Source: Podarcis liolepis (lineage: Eukaryota). From it: DNA of 64,000 nt. Location of the stretch: NCBI GenBank assembly GCA_965112155.1, contig OZ218106.1; one strand, given 5' to 3'. A model generated the notes under the pieces. The model was given only the letters and a program-made list of their open reading frames with translations, was not told the DNA's origin and ran no database searches. Positions 24,983 to 37,920 of this stretch are shown here, piece by piece (the stretch's first letter is position 1; every line of letters begins with the position of its first letter). Both the position numbers and the translations under genes were made by a program.

Positions 24983-26290
24983 GATTATACCCTAGAAATT
25001 CTTCCTATCCTTATAAAGCAGGGATGGGAAACATTTTTTGGTCAACCTTCCAGGGGCCACATACCAGTGCTGGTCAGGGCCACATGTAAGCTATCTTGGG
25101 TTCCAAGATGGTGGGCCCTTGAGCAGCCTCCAAAGCAGTCCTTCAAATAACCAGGTCCCAAAGACATTTAAGGTAGGCATTATTACCCTGTCGGCAATCT
25201 CAAGCTCAGCCAGGCCACCTTTTCAGCTCCATATCTTTGACTCTCTGCTCACATTTACAGCACTTATCAACCTTTAGAGAAAAGGCTTGGCGAGACACCT
25301 CTAGTACACATCTTAACGCCATCTTCTCTAAAAGTAAAAGTGGATTTACAAAGCAACTGGGGAGAAAGCACTCTCAGACCCACGTGTATTTGGCAGGCAG
25401 AGTCCAGGCTCATTATGCTGAGTAGCACTAACCCCTGCTGACAGGCAGGTGGGGGTGGAAAGATAACGAGTCAGCAAGTGCCATTCATTACTCTCTGCTA
25501 AAAGACTGAGACTCTCTATGTCCCCAGAAGCCTTGAGCAGAATAAGAGGTTTCATGACCTCTGAGCTATGCATGCTTTAATGTAAAAGTGGTACCTTGCC
25601 TGCCTTCTTTCACTCTCTCAATACGACCAAGTCTCTAAGGGGATGCAGTCCATTAGCATGTAACACCAGCCAGTGTTACTTGTTAGATGGTGGCATACAG
25701 CAAAACAAAACAAAAAAAAACCTTTGACAAAAAGCAACTACTAATACTAATATGAAAGACCTGGTTTCCTGATTTCAGCAATGAGACGTTTTTATTTTCA
25801 CCTTAAAAGTTATACTTCCCTTTCAATCACTGGGCAGTGCATTAGCCAACATCACAGCTCTGGTGCTAAAATACCATCTAGCACCTTTAAAAGACACCCT
25901 TTCTCTCACCTAGGTATTAAATTGGCGAAGGTGTGCTTTGTGTACTGACACAGTCATTTTAAACTAAAATTCCCAGCACCAATTACTGATTCATCAGTTA
26001 ATTATTTGCTGTTAAATTCCTTTCCGTGTCTCCAACAGCATTCATTGCAAGCAAGTAGCTGTGGCTGTGATCTTCCACACACCCTGAACAGGTACATGGG
26101 CATACAACAGAACATTTTCTTGGGGTACAAACTAAAGTCCCCAAAAGGAAACACTGAAATAGAAAGCATTTAAAAGAAAATTTACAAATGCAAAATGTCT
26201 GGAGATGATGATGGAGGGAGGGAGAGGTATATACATATACATAAACATCATAGGATTAATAGGAATTCAGCCAATCTCACCATAGTGGGG

Positions 26291-26414
26291 GAATCAGAAT
26301 TGTAGAATAGGAAGGGACAATGAGGATCATCTAGTCCAAACCCCTGAAATGCCCAACATGGGGCTTGAACCCATGACCCTGAATTTAAGAGTCTCATGCA
26401 CTACCGACTGAGAT
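26291..26414 (-). mobile_element. tRNA-Lys(CTT)-derived SINE with CR1-like tail
   Basis: Minus strand CTCAGTCGGTAGTGCATGAGACTCTTAAATTCAGGGTCATGGGTTCAAGCCCCATGTTGGGC closely matches tRNA-Lys-CTT, followed by TTGGACTAGATGATCC..GTCCCTTCC..ATTCTACAATTCTG. Confidence 0.8.
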
Positions 26415-26534
26415 CTCATTTAGGAAGACTGCAACCAGGTGTATGGACTGTCTGCTTAGTTTGACAGTTAGGTAGTGCTGGTGGGCAATTGATGCTTCTT
26501 ACAGGCCTTCAAACAGAACACTGCTGCAAAGCAG

Positions 26535-26793
26535 GAAGAAGAAGAAGAAAAAGAGTTTGGATTGAATATCCTGCTTTATCACTACCCGAAGGAGTCTCAA
26601 AGTGGCTAACATTCTCCTTTCCCTTCCTCCCCCCACAACAAACACTCTGTGAGGTGAGTGGGGCTGAGAGACTTCAAAGAAGTGTGACTGGCCCAAGGTC
26701 ACCCAGCAGCTGCATGTGGAGGAGCAGAGACGCGAACCCGGTTCACCAGATTACAAGACTACCACTCTTAACTACTACACCACACTGGCTCTC
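26535..26793 (-). mobile_element. Young CORE-containing SINE (Squam3/Ther1-derived-like)
   Basis: tRNA head (GGTGTAGTAGTTAAGAG..GGTTCGCG), CORE CTGGGTGACCTTGGGCCAGTCAC, (CTT)n tail. Confidence 0.8.
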
Positions 26794-27420
26794 TGTGACA
26801 TGTGGCCACCCTATTGCTACCTTTCCGACAGCATTTAGCATACCCCAAGGGAAAGTCTTGCATTTCCTTGTTAACATAAAGCAATGCCCCATAGCCATTA
26901 AGCAATGGGATTGTAGTTCCTGTTTTTAAATTAAGCAGGATTGGGATGATTACCCAGTAAAAATTACTGAATCAATCTACCATGTCAAAATAAAAGAAAT
27001 CCAAAATAAATTGGGACAGTATCAACTGAGCTTTGCAGTAATGGCCAGAAGTTAACGTCACAGCTGAGTAAACCTTAATCAGCAAGCGTCTTGTGCTCTT
27101 TCACATAGCTACAATGACAGCAAATGAAGTCAGAGCCATTATTCTGTACTTCCAGACCATTTACAACTTTAGTATGTCAAATGAATTACCACCAGAGGCA
27201 TTTCAAGATGTTTCTGTATAATATTTTCCTACAGGAACTTACATAAAGGATCTCAAGTATCTTTATTTTAAAGAATGAGGCAAGCATTCCTATGCACTGT
27301 GTATGTATGTGTATGGAAAAAGCAAACAAAGCCTTCTCCTTCCCCCCAACCTTACTCCCCATCATTCTAGCCAGCACAATGTGGTTTATGAAAGGAAAAC
27401 TGTGCCACTCCTTTCTTGGG

Positions 27421-27421
27421 A

Positions 27422-27481
<60 letters not shown>

Positions 27482-27484
27482 AAA
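27421..27484 (+). repeat. (GAAA)n microsatellite
   Basis: About 15-16 perfect AAAG units. Confidence 0.97.
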
Positions 27485-28738
27485 GCTATCCCAGGTTATG
27501 GGCAAAGGTGGCGGGGTCTGTAGAGTTGCGAGCGGGATTTTGGGAAGAGCTGGTGGCAAAAAAAAAAAAAAAGTTCTTTGCCAAGCCAATAAGTATGATA
27601 TAATCCCTTGCATAATATAATCCCCTTTCAATTTCCCTTGCAGAGATTTCAGGAAGCTTCATATGTGACACGCAGGACACTGGCACCTACCAGTGTCATG
27701 TGTCCATACAAAAATAAATTATGATGGGTAGACATAAATTATTATGGATAGTTGGTCACATTCTTTATATTCTCTTGAGCACTTCTGGGTAGTATTCAAA
27801 ACCACCCTCAATCTAGTTTATACATGGCCTGTATGTATAAACTCGGAGCAGGGTCTTCTGTGTAGCTGCCCCTTTACTGGGGAATAGCATGCCAGTTGCG
27901 GTGTAGCAGGTGCCCACTAACTGCATTTGCAGAACCAATTGAGAATGTATGGAGATCTGGATGACAACAGAGCATACACTGGCTCTCTTCAAAGCCTGCT
28001 GCTCTGCCCTCACACATAATTTCAATCCATCATTCTACACTGCTTATTTACAGAAAAAGTGAGATTGCTCTCTGTTAACCTAAACTCTTTCCTCCTGCAT
28101 TCTTCAACTCAGAGCATGCATTATTACGAAAGAAACGATTTCAGTAGCTTCCCACCCGTCTTCTTAAGTAGTGTCCTTCCCCTTCACCTTTTGCAACAGT
28201 GAATTAAATAGAATATGATCACAAAGGACACAAGTGCCACCCTCCAGAATAATCTCGCACAAACAAGGTAGTTGGGAAGGCAAGGACTGTGCTTTTTATT
28301 TTAAAGATATGTATTTACCAGTACTCCTGACCCTTATTGATGCATATTTGAAATGCTAATGCATGTATTTCCTGTAATTTTTATTACAGTGGCCTTAGGC
28401 TATAAGTGATGGTTACGTTGGTTATTATGAAAGTGTGAAAGGAAAAACATTTTGCTTTCCCTTCAGTGACTGTCAATACATTTCATTCTTAGCGTCAATG
28501 GGTTTTGAACGACAATGGATGTTTATGGCCTTGCAGCAGCTCATCCACTCTAAATTGAGGAGGCTGTGCAAAAAGCCGCTTCTCGCCCAACATGAACAAT
28601 ACAGGGGAGAGGGAACAGGATTGCAGATTCTGTGCCAACTTCCAAGAGTTCATTTGAAAGCTCAGGAGCAGGAAATGCCATCCTGCTCTCCATAGGCTCG
28701 CTGAATGTGAACATGTCATATGAACAGATAGCAACACT

Positions 28739-28923
28739 CACAGGAGCCAAACTCTAAAGGGCTGTGGGGGCTTTGCCCCCCGATAAAATATTTGAGGAGG
28801 CCCAAAGTTGATGGGCATTGCCATTCAAATGGTGTGCATGCACTGTATCATGTGATCGATTATGTGGGATGGGACCTACCTCCCCCCCCCCAAAAAAAAA
28901 AAATATTCAAGTTGGTACCCCTG
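28739..28923. mobile_element. hAT MITE
   Basis: Perfect TSD GCAACACT (28731-28738, 28924-28931); right end AGTTGGTACCCCTG, left end degenerate. Confidence 0.75.
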
Positions 28924-29194
28924 GCAACACTAGGACAGAAGAGGTGCAAATAAAACTTTGACCCCAAACCTCTATGGCAGGGCTGGGGGAACCAGTACCC
29001 CTTCAGATATAGCTGGACTACATCTGTCATCACCCCTCAATGTTGGGCCAAACTGGTTGGGGTTGGTGGGGAGTTAGAGTCCAATAACATCTGGGAGGCC
29101 ACAGGTTTCCCATCTCTATGGAGCAGTGGAGTAAGAAGTACATCACAGCAATCGTAGCAATTTGCATCTTGATAGTAAGATAGATCTTTTTCTC

Positions 29195-29585
29195 CATTAT
29201 GTTCCTGGTTATACCTGGTCAGATCTGAGGAGGAGGCATTCCTGATCATATTGCAGACTGGCAGGATGCCTTCTTATTGCATCTTGAATGTGGCCTCAGT
29301 AGTGGTACCCACTATCTGGAATAGCCTTCCACGTGCTGTTTGTGAGGCATAAACAGTCTCAGGTTTCAAATGCCTCTTCGTTCAGGCTTTCCCTGGCTCA
29401 TAAGGTTCATCTTTCCTCTCCATTCTCATTTGTTTCCAGGGATATCCCTGGACTATGTATTTGTAAAACCAATAAAAATGATTTCATAAAAAAAACCCAT
29501 CAACATGACCTTATTGTGTTTTATGTAAACCTCTTAGGGATTTTGCATATTGAGTGGTATACAAATATTATTAGTAAATAAATAA
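29195..29585 (+). mobile_element. L2-type LINE 3' fragment
   Basis: ..GTGGTACCCACTATCTGGAATAGCCTTCC.. then TGTAAACCTCTTAGG..TGGTATACAAAT..AAATAAATAA tail. Confidence 0.6.
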
Positions 29586-31802
29586 GGCAAAGCAATTGAA
29601 GAATAAGAGGTGGAAATGGGACTAGAAATGCAATATTTTGTCTTTTCAACGTACCAGAGGGCATTCCCATTGAAACACCATGACTAGGGACACAAGTATT
29701 TCTTTCAAATTATCCATACCCCATGGGCACAGACTTAAGTGCACTCAGTGATATTTTGCCTTCAGTGGCTTATGGTATGCACTGTGATGGAAAGCTGAAA
29801 TAAATTCACATATAAAGAGGGGGCAATCTATATATAAAGGAGTAAGGGAATTTATTGTGGCAACTTTCCAAAATATTTTATTAAGGATGCATTAGAAATC
29901 CGTAACATTCAGACCATTAATCCAAACAGGATCAAGTGGTTCTAGCTTTTCTACACTGAACAGCCCCAAGACACATCTTCGAGCACAGATTTCCCAAGTC
30001 TTAAAAACAAATAAAAGTATGGTGGCACAATTACAAAAAAGGATGAAGGAAAGAGTGAGAAATATTTTATTGCACTAGATTCTCATGTGAATTTAGAATG
30101 ATTAAATCTCTGAGCACCTGATTTATGAGCAAGAATTACAGTGCCCCCAGCCAAAATAATTTTAGTAGGGAGAGTGTTGGGGGTGAGAGAGAAAGAGAAG
30201 CTTACCGAAGTTTAATATCAAACTTACCGGCAGCATTATATGAACAGCGCTAGGCAATGAACTGGCATTCACTCTTGTGGACCTTAGAGGTAGAAATAAG
30301 GGCATTTTGAACCAGGGAAAGAACAGATTGGGTCTCACAGCACTGGGAAGCTGAGCCAAGAGAGACTGTATGCCACATATCAATAACATCACAGCCAGGG
30401 GAAAGGGATGGGAAGCATAGCAAAGGGAGGATGATGGTATTTAGAAATAAACTAGCCTGTCAGATTTCAATTTCCTGCCACTGTAATTATTGCAGCCTTT
30501 TGCCTGCAGATGAGCTTGTGACATAGACTGCTTTGCGGGTTGTGTTTATCGTGAAAATCTGCTTCAAATGTTTGTAAAAGACAAAACCCCAAACCTTTTC
30601 ATTGCAATAGAAGAGGCTGGCTAGGCTGCTCAACCTGACAGTTACTCTGATGGAGCTTTTGAAACTAGTAATGGGCATACAAAACATTTTGTTCAGATGT
30701 AGTACAGTGAGGAAAATGTTCCTAACAGTTCTCTCTCCCTTTAAAGCAGCCCTGTATTTTAACAATAGATTTTGATGGCTCCAAAATACAATTCCTTGAG
30801 TTCATATAGGCAAAAACAAAATAGAATCACCATTTTCCAGTTTGCTACATTATACTCCATCATCGCTAGCAGAGCTGCCAACAAAGATCACAAGGTGATT
30901 TTCTGCTGTATCCTGCCATGTGCATTGCAATCCTATACATGTCTACTCAGTTAGAAGCCTCATTCATTTCAGTGAAACTCACAGTCCAGTGTACATAGGA
31001 TTGCAGCCTAATAGACCAGCATGCACTAAAATAGTATCATTCAAGAATTAATGGAACATAACACAGGGATGCAAAACCTGTGACCTTCCCCATGTTGCTA
31101 GAATACAACTCCTACTACTGATCACTAGCCTGGCTAGCCAAGGCTAATGGGAGATGAAGTACGGCAGCATCTGCAGAGACACAGGTTTGCCATTATTAAC
31201 TAATGAGGCTCATGGCCAAACTACATGTTGCATTTAGCATGTTTTTTTAAAAAAATTGTGCATAAGCTAATCCTTTTTATTTTGAATAAAAGGCAGCTAA
31301 AGATGATCTAGCTTATCTGTATGAAGAGAACAATGGAAGAGTTTTAAGAAGCAAGATGGAGAGGAAGATGGGGGCAGAGTCTGTGAACTGAAAATATAGG
31401 GGGCTCAGGCATTTCTCTTTGCAGAACTGATGTGGAACAGTGAGTTTACAGATGAGCAGGATGGAGAAGAGGAGGACAACAATTGAGAGATTGGGGAGAC
31501 AGCAATTTTTATTTGTAACATGAATATAGGGAAGAGGAAGACAGGGCTCCTATACCTTTAACAGGTGCATAGGAAAGGGCAATTTGATTCAGCAGGTGCA
31601 GACTTTCTCACTTGTGTGCCAAGCTACATCTGCCAAAAGGTTCATTTTCTATGCATCTGTAGTTTAAAGTTCAAAGCACAAGTATAAGTGCTTAAATAAA
31701 TAGGAAGGTCATCCTTTGCCCCTGAGCAGCCTACACTGGGACAGCTGTTTCAAGATCTACCAAATTAACACATTCATGAGAGCTATCAAATGTGCCCATG
31801 AT

Positions 31803-31978
31803 CAGTGCTTTTTTTTCTTTAAAAAATTGTTTAGGGGTACTCTCATTTTGACTCAAGAAAATCACCATTTCATAGTTGAAATTGGGAAAAATAAATACAG
31901 TAAATGGACAAAAGTACAAAGAGTCACAAAATGTTTAGGGGTATGTGTCCCCCTGCGTCCCCCCAGAAAAAAGCACTG
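31803..31978. mobile_element. hAT MITE
   Basis: TIR CAGTGCTTTTTT / AAAAAAGCACTG; perfect TSD CCCATGAT (31795-31802, 31979-31986). Confidence 0.9.
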
Positions 31979-32793
31979 CCCATGATTATCAAATATAAAG
32001 AATAGACTTTTACCACTGAATTCAATTCTATTTAAAAGCAATTTTTTAAAAGGCTACAAAATGTCAATAGTATTTATTCCATGTATCTGGAAGGATGCAT
32101 CATCTCTGCAGAAAGCAACATAATAATAAATAATAGTCTCCCAGAAAAGCCTTTATATCTATGACTCCTTCATTCCAAAGTAGGATTCTTCAGCGATCAG
32201 TCCTCCTCCCCCCCCCCAATTCTTAATTCATATTCCTACCCAACATAACTGTCCCAAAAGACCTAACATGATCATAAGCTTTCATCTAAAAGTGCTCTTA
32301 ATTCAATTTAACAATTTATTCCAGAATTTCTGAACTTCCTTCATCTTTCTATCAGGGAATTCAGTGTTCTAAGTCTAGATCAATTCCCAACTAGAGATTC
32401 ACAAACGATTGCACAGCTGAGTTCTCAGAATTACTAGGATTTAAAAAAAAAAAATCTTCCAGGAGAGTTTCATAACAGCCAAGGTAAGAGCAATTTGTCT
32501 GCAATCGGCTCAGTATAGCTGACAGAGGAATTTAGCCTTCGCTGTTTCTGTGAGAGAGATCAGCCTGGCCATGGGCTCTCAAGAGATAAAATATGAAGCC
32601 ACCTGTCTTGCAATAGTTCAGTGCTGCTATATGAAACTCAACAAGCAACAAGTTCCCTTTTTAAAATGGGTATTCTAAAAATCCATACTATCCCCCCCTT
32701 CAGTGCAAAATTTATAGCAGCAAGTCATCAGGCATTTCTGCTAGGGAAAATGAGGGATATGAAACACAAGAGCTTGTGATGCATTTGACTGTT

Positions 32794-32833
32794 TGTTGTT
32801 TAGTCGTTTAGTCGTGTCCGACTCTTCGTGACC
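32794..32833 (-). mobile_element. 40-bp 5'-truncated RTE-BovB-type 3' tail insertion
   Basis: Minus strand GGTCACGAAGAGTCGGACACGACTAAACGACTAAACAACA; 12-bp TSD CATTTGACTGTT (32782-32793, 32834-32845). Confidence 0.85.
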
Positions 32834-34033
32834 CATTTGACTGTTAGCGTGTGCATTTGACTGGTTCTTTGTTCAGTAATCATGCACTGGGAGTCAAGGA
32901 AGCAACCAGTTAGCTTAGGGGATGTTACTGGACTTCTGCAGCCTTAGCCAATATGGCCAACAGTCAAAGATGGTGGCAACTGTAGTTTGGCAACATCTGT
33001 AAAGCCACAGGTTCCTGGCCCCAGATTGCTGGCCACCTCAAAGCAACGGAAAGGAGGTAAAACCAATCCCTGTCCTTGGGTAATATCCAATGTTAATCCA
33101 TTGATTGCAACAAGTTCTCCATGATATTTCTGGGCAGCAATACTGCAGAACAGGATTTGCCGAAAAATCAGAAAATTTGGCTATGAAAAAGTTCTGTTAG
33201 CTAAATGTTGAACAAAGCTCTATTTTTAGGAGTCCTGTGTTGAATTTGAAGATTATCAAAGGGAAAATAAGCTATTCATTGTTAGTTTTTAAAATTAGTA
33301 ATGATGCTTTTTGAAAGAATGGCTTCAAAGAAAGAAAACCACCTAGTGTACATATCTCAGGCACTTGATAAGAGAGCCTCTGTGGTTTCCTGTTCTTCAG
33401 TTAAGCCCTTGAAGTGGAGAGCTAAGTTTTCTCATTGGTCTTTTTCAGATCAGGTAGCATGGGCCACCAGGGTGACTGCTGAGCACTGGAGAAATGTTTA
33501 ATGAAATGTTTAATGCTCTCTTGGGCATTTCACAACAGCAGGCCAATATCAACTCTACACCCACTGAAATTTTTGGGGCAACAATACAGTAACTCCACAC
33601 CTGCTGATATTCTCCAGCTGGGCCAGAAACACAGAAAACCTCTTTTGCAGGGGACTAAAACGCTCAAGAAACTGGAGAGCATTCAAGTCATTTCACACAT
33701 TTAAGCAGAAGCAAGACTAGCTCCAAAGTTTGCAATCACCAGGGAGGTGCAGCCAATCACAACTTGAGGAATTGGTATGTATTGGGACAGGTCAAATCCA
33801 CCGCTGCTGCAAAACAGGAATTCAGAATTTGGACCAATAAGTGAATACAAAGAGCCACTGGCTTCAGTGAGTGGTCCTGTCAGCGTTCTAGGATCTCATG
33901 ATGTAGCCTGCTGACATTGGCCTTGAATGTGAGGATACAATTCTTTCCTGGGTTGCTGAAAGTCACAAGTATTGGTCAGACTCACCAAAAAGCGTGAGGA
34001 GGGGTGTTTGCTTGCAAACAATAACTTGCCCAT

Positions 34034-34251
34034 CAGGGGCAGAGGAAGGGGGTGTGGTAGGTGCTGGCTGCCCCGGGTGTACCCACTGAGGTGGTGGTGA
34101 CAAAATGCTAGGCGGCACTCACCGTGGGGCCTGCAGCGCAGCCGAGCCACAGTCCGCCCGCTGCCTCCTCCCCAGCTGTAGGGTGGCTGAGTGGGAGGAG
34201 GCAGGCAGACTCCATAGTGGGCAGGCACCTGAGCGGCTTCCTCCGCCGCTG
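34034..34251. mobile_element. GC-rich hAT MITE
   Basis: TIR CAGGGGCAGAGGAAG / CTTCCTCCGCCGCTG (13/15); TSD TTGCCCAT/TTGCCTAT. Confidence 0.85.
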
Positions 34252-37200
34252 TTGCCTATCCAGAGAGGGGCCGTTTTTTCAATGTAAAACTTTGTGGATG
34301 TCCATGTGTTTGACTGTTACTTGGATTAAAGAATGCTGTGTAACATGATCTTGTATAACATGATCTTGCAGCCCTACTGTATACTATTAGCCTTTTTCCA
34401 AAACATTTTAATCTTGTACGTACTTGTTATGACCAAAACAAATAGATCTTGACTGAAATGAATATTCATGCAGCCCAGAATTTTCACTGATCACAGACCA
34501 AAGATTGGCATGGTGACATCTGGACCCTTGGCAGGCATATCAACGCACCCTTTGTCACAGATAAAGTGTAGAAAGGCAAACTATTTGCTAAAGAGAACCT
34601 GCACACCTGTAATTTTTGCATTAAAATACAGAGACAATTGCCGTTGAAGCTGGAAACAGGAGGTTAGAAAGTCATCTGATCTTAAAGTGCTTTGGGCTCT
34701 TTTCTCAGAAAAGCAATTCAAAAAAAAATCAGATAGGTTTTTCAGAAAGTACCCTCCAGTGACTGAGATTACTAAAGCCTTAAAGCTGCGGCTGGAGATA
34801 ATCTCCATTTCCCATGATATGATATTACAGCAAATGACTCTCTTCACAGACAACAAAATCCAGAAATGGAAAGCTGAAATCAGGACAAGAGAACAGGAAA
34901 ACAACAGAAAGTGAGGGGGGAAACCTCTCTCTGTCCCAAATATTATAGTCCCAACTAATTATTGGCATACGTCAGGTCTTCTCAAATTGTGATCCAATTT
35001 GAAACAGCCTGCCAGCCCATGCTGCATCAACCACCCAGGTGCCCACAAAATTGCCTTCTTTTGCAGTCTCAGTCAGGTAGCAACAACTGATGGTTTCTCA
35101 AGCTTTTCTGGACTACACTGTACGGTGAGGGGGCCATGCTCAACTCAGTGTGGCACAAGTTGTACAGTGCTCTTCAATAGCGCCCTTCACAAATGTATTG
35201 CCAAGACCCAGGGCAAAACCAGCAGGAGACAAGGTCACTAGTTCATGCAGACTGCAAGGATCAACTGTGCTTTGGACCCATATCTAATCCCCCTTCGGAA
35301 CTGCCAAACAGATGTGCCCTAAAGATACACATTCTGGTCAAGCGGGCAAAGCAAAAACATTTGACACCCCCTCCCACTATGCACACATACACACTACTAC
35401 ACCCCCACCCTAATTTTCCAGTTTCCTTGTTTTGTAATGCTAATTGTCCCCATCTAGCTTGCCCATCTGGTTTACGCAATCTGCTGTAATTACTGTTACT
35501 GCCATTGGCAGGAAGTTGTTGCCACTTCCATCTGTGCTTTATGTAGCATTAACTACCACTGGCTCCTTCTACTGCTGTTGCCCAAGTAGGACCCAAGGAT
35601 TAAAACAAACAAACAAGTTCTTGATTTTAAAAAATCAATAGTACAATGATCTTCTTTCTGTACATTTTGGTTAAAGCAACAGGGTTACATAGCAAAATGA
35701 AACACCTTCCTCATAGTTTCTCCATATTGTAAATGGAAATGAACGTAAGTACACAAATGTTAAATACTATACCAGTCCTCCACAGCTCATGTCGTGCTAA
35801 GGCTGTGATCTTACACTGGTATGGGTAAGCCCCACTAAATTTACTTCTGAATAAAGATGTCTAGGATTGTGCTGTAAATAAAACTGTTTCGTAAGTTAAA
35901 TTCAACTCAACAGTCCCATCACATGTTAGTCCCTATTTGTTTCACGCAGCCCCACCAAAACAACAATCCTTCAGATAAGTTCTGTGGGTGCCAGCATAAG
36001 AACATGCATAGAATCTATGTATAGTATTGACAATGGGAATGGTATATAATCATGCAGGCAGAAATAATGGGTTAAAAATAAAAGACACTGCACTTTTGTT
36101 GAACCATCTAAAAATATTTATGGAGTGTTTAATCCAAAGGTGCCTGTATTTTGGATCAGTTGGTCTACTCTAGATGTGTACATTAAATTGTGTTAAAGAA
36201 TGTGAAATTCTGAAAAGTATTTTAAATTAACATTACTATAGTCACTTTTCAAACAAATTATCTCATCTCCTGTGGCCTTTTCAAAGGCCAGTTAAAGCTC
36301 AAATGCCAGCTTGCAAAAAGAGTTTATTGGTAAATTATAGAATTCTAAAGATAAAGGACTGTAATGGAAATGCAAACAGATCATTAACATTGCTGGTGTT
36401 GGGCCACCAGCCAGATTTGCTGGGCAACAACATTCACTATGCTCCTTTTGGAAATAAATGTTTTTTGTTTTTTTTATTTCAGGAAATTAGTTTTATAAGA
36501 CACACATTTGCTGAATTTCTATTTGCACAATTATACATGACCGTACTGTGATTAATAATGACCAGGTTATATAGGCAGAAAATGTACTTGCCAAGTTAAT
36601 CTGCTTTGTTTATCATACTGGGCAGGTTCTCTTTCTGGGTTAATATATTACAAGTGCATGAAGAGCTGGCTGCTTCTGAAACTTCAGTCAAAGCCTCAAT
36701 TTCTTATGGCTTAAAGAATATTAATATCTAATAAAAAGCAGAATTGTATTAAAACTATAGTCCTGTTTAGGCATTAGGAAGAGGGCAATATAAACACAGG
36801 AGAGGGTCAGCAGGGGCAGGCACATTAGCCCCAATTATGCAGGGTTCAAAAATACACAAGGAGCCTCCATGGATATAGAAGGTTTCCCATTTCAGAAGGT
36901 GAAGCCAACGAGAACAGTGACAGGGGTAAAGCTCATATTCACTGCATTAAAAAGTTTGATTTGCCCTCTTCCTTATGCTTCAGGAGGATCTGTGTTTGTG
37001 TGCATTGAATCCAGACTAAGTTAATCATATTTATGACACATTAAAATGAATGTGAAAATTTAGTTATACTGACTTAAGTCCCATCAATTTCAATCAGTGG
37101 AAATTACGTGCTACTAGCTTAATAACCTATGCATATCCAGTCCTATGCATTCCATTTTACCAGAGTTGGATTAGTCATCATGCTTGGTCTGATGTAGGTA

Positions 37201-37664
37201 AGATCCTCCATTTAAACAGAATGCTCATCCCAACCCAGTCTTGGAAGTCTACCACAGCTTATCCTGAACATGCAATGGACCCCACACTCCATATAGATGG
37301 ACAGGGAGAAGAAAAGCTAAGATTTCATGCATCATGACTGCAACAGAGGCAAAACGGATGAATATTTTGTCCCTACAGGATTCCACGTGACTACAGGCTA
37401 GGTTTGTGTGTGTATTCCAGCTTCCATTTGTTATGGGATGGTCCCTGATAAAAGAGATCTATTTTTCACCCAAAATTCTAGCAATTAAATTTTAATGATA
37501 GGACAGCTTCCTCCACTACACCTGAGGGTAGCAGTCTAGCTTTGGAGGCACATGGCAGTCTATAAGTGACACACAGCTCTCTTGTTCAACATCTCACTGC
37601 CATTACTCCCCCAGAATTTGACACCTGAGGCAGCTGCCTCACTCTGCCTAGTGGTATAGCCAGC

Positions 37665-37920
37665 TCTGTATGGGATAGGACCTTTTCAGTGGTGGCACCT
37701 TGCCTGAGGAGCATCCTACAAATGGAGATTCAAGTGGCCCTATCCTGGATAGCTAAGACATATTTGTTCCATCAGTCTTTTATGGCCTTGTTAACTGTTT
37801 TATATTGGTTTCAATGTTCTTCAGTATTTTTTCGATGTTTTATTGTTCTAAGTTGTTTGGGGGGGCTCTTTTTGGCGCAAAAGGGTACTACAGAAATGTT
37901 TATAAAATAAATGCAATAAA
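37665..37920 (+). mobile_element. L2-type LINE 3' fragment
   Basis: AGGACCTTTTCAGTGGTGGCACC..GCTAAGACATATTTGTTC..AAATGTTTATAAAATAAA. Confidence 0.55.

Noticed and set aside
26351-26414. Functional tRNA-Lys gene
   Set aside because: 5' acceptor stem missing, CpG-decay substitutions, fused to a CR1-like tail
27292-27686. ORFs with KKER/FFLS repeats
   Set aside because: Translation of the (GAAA)n microsatellite
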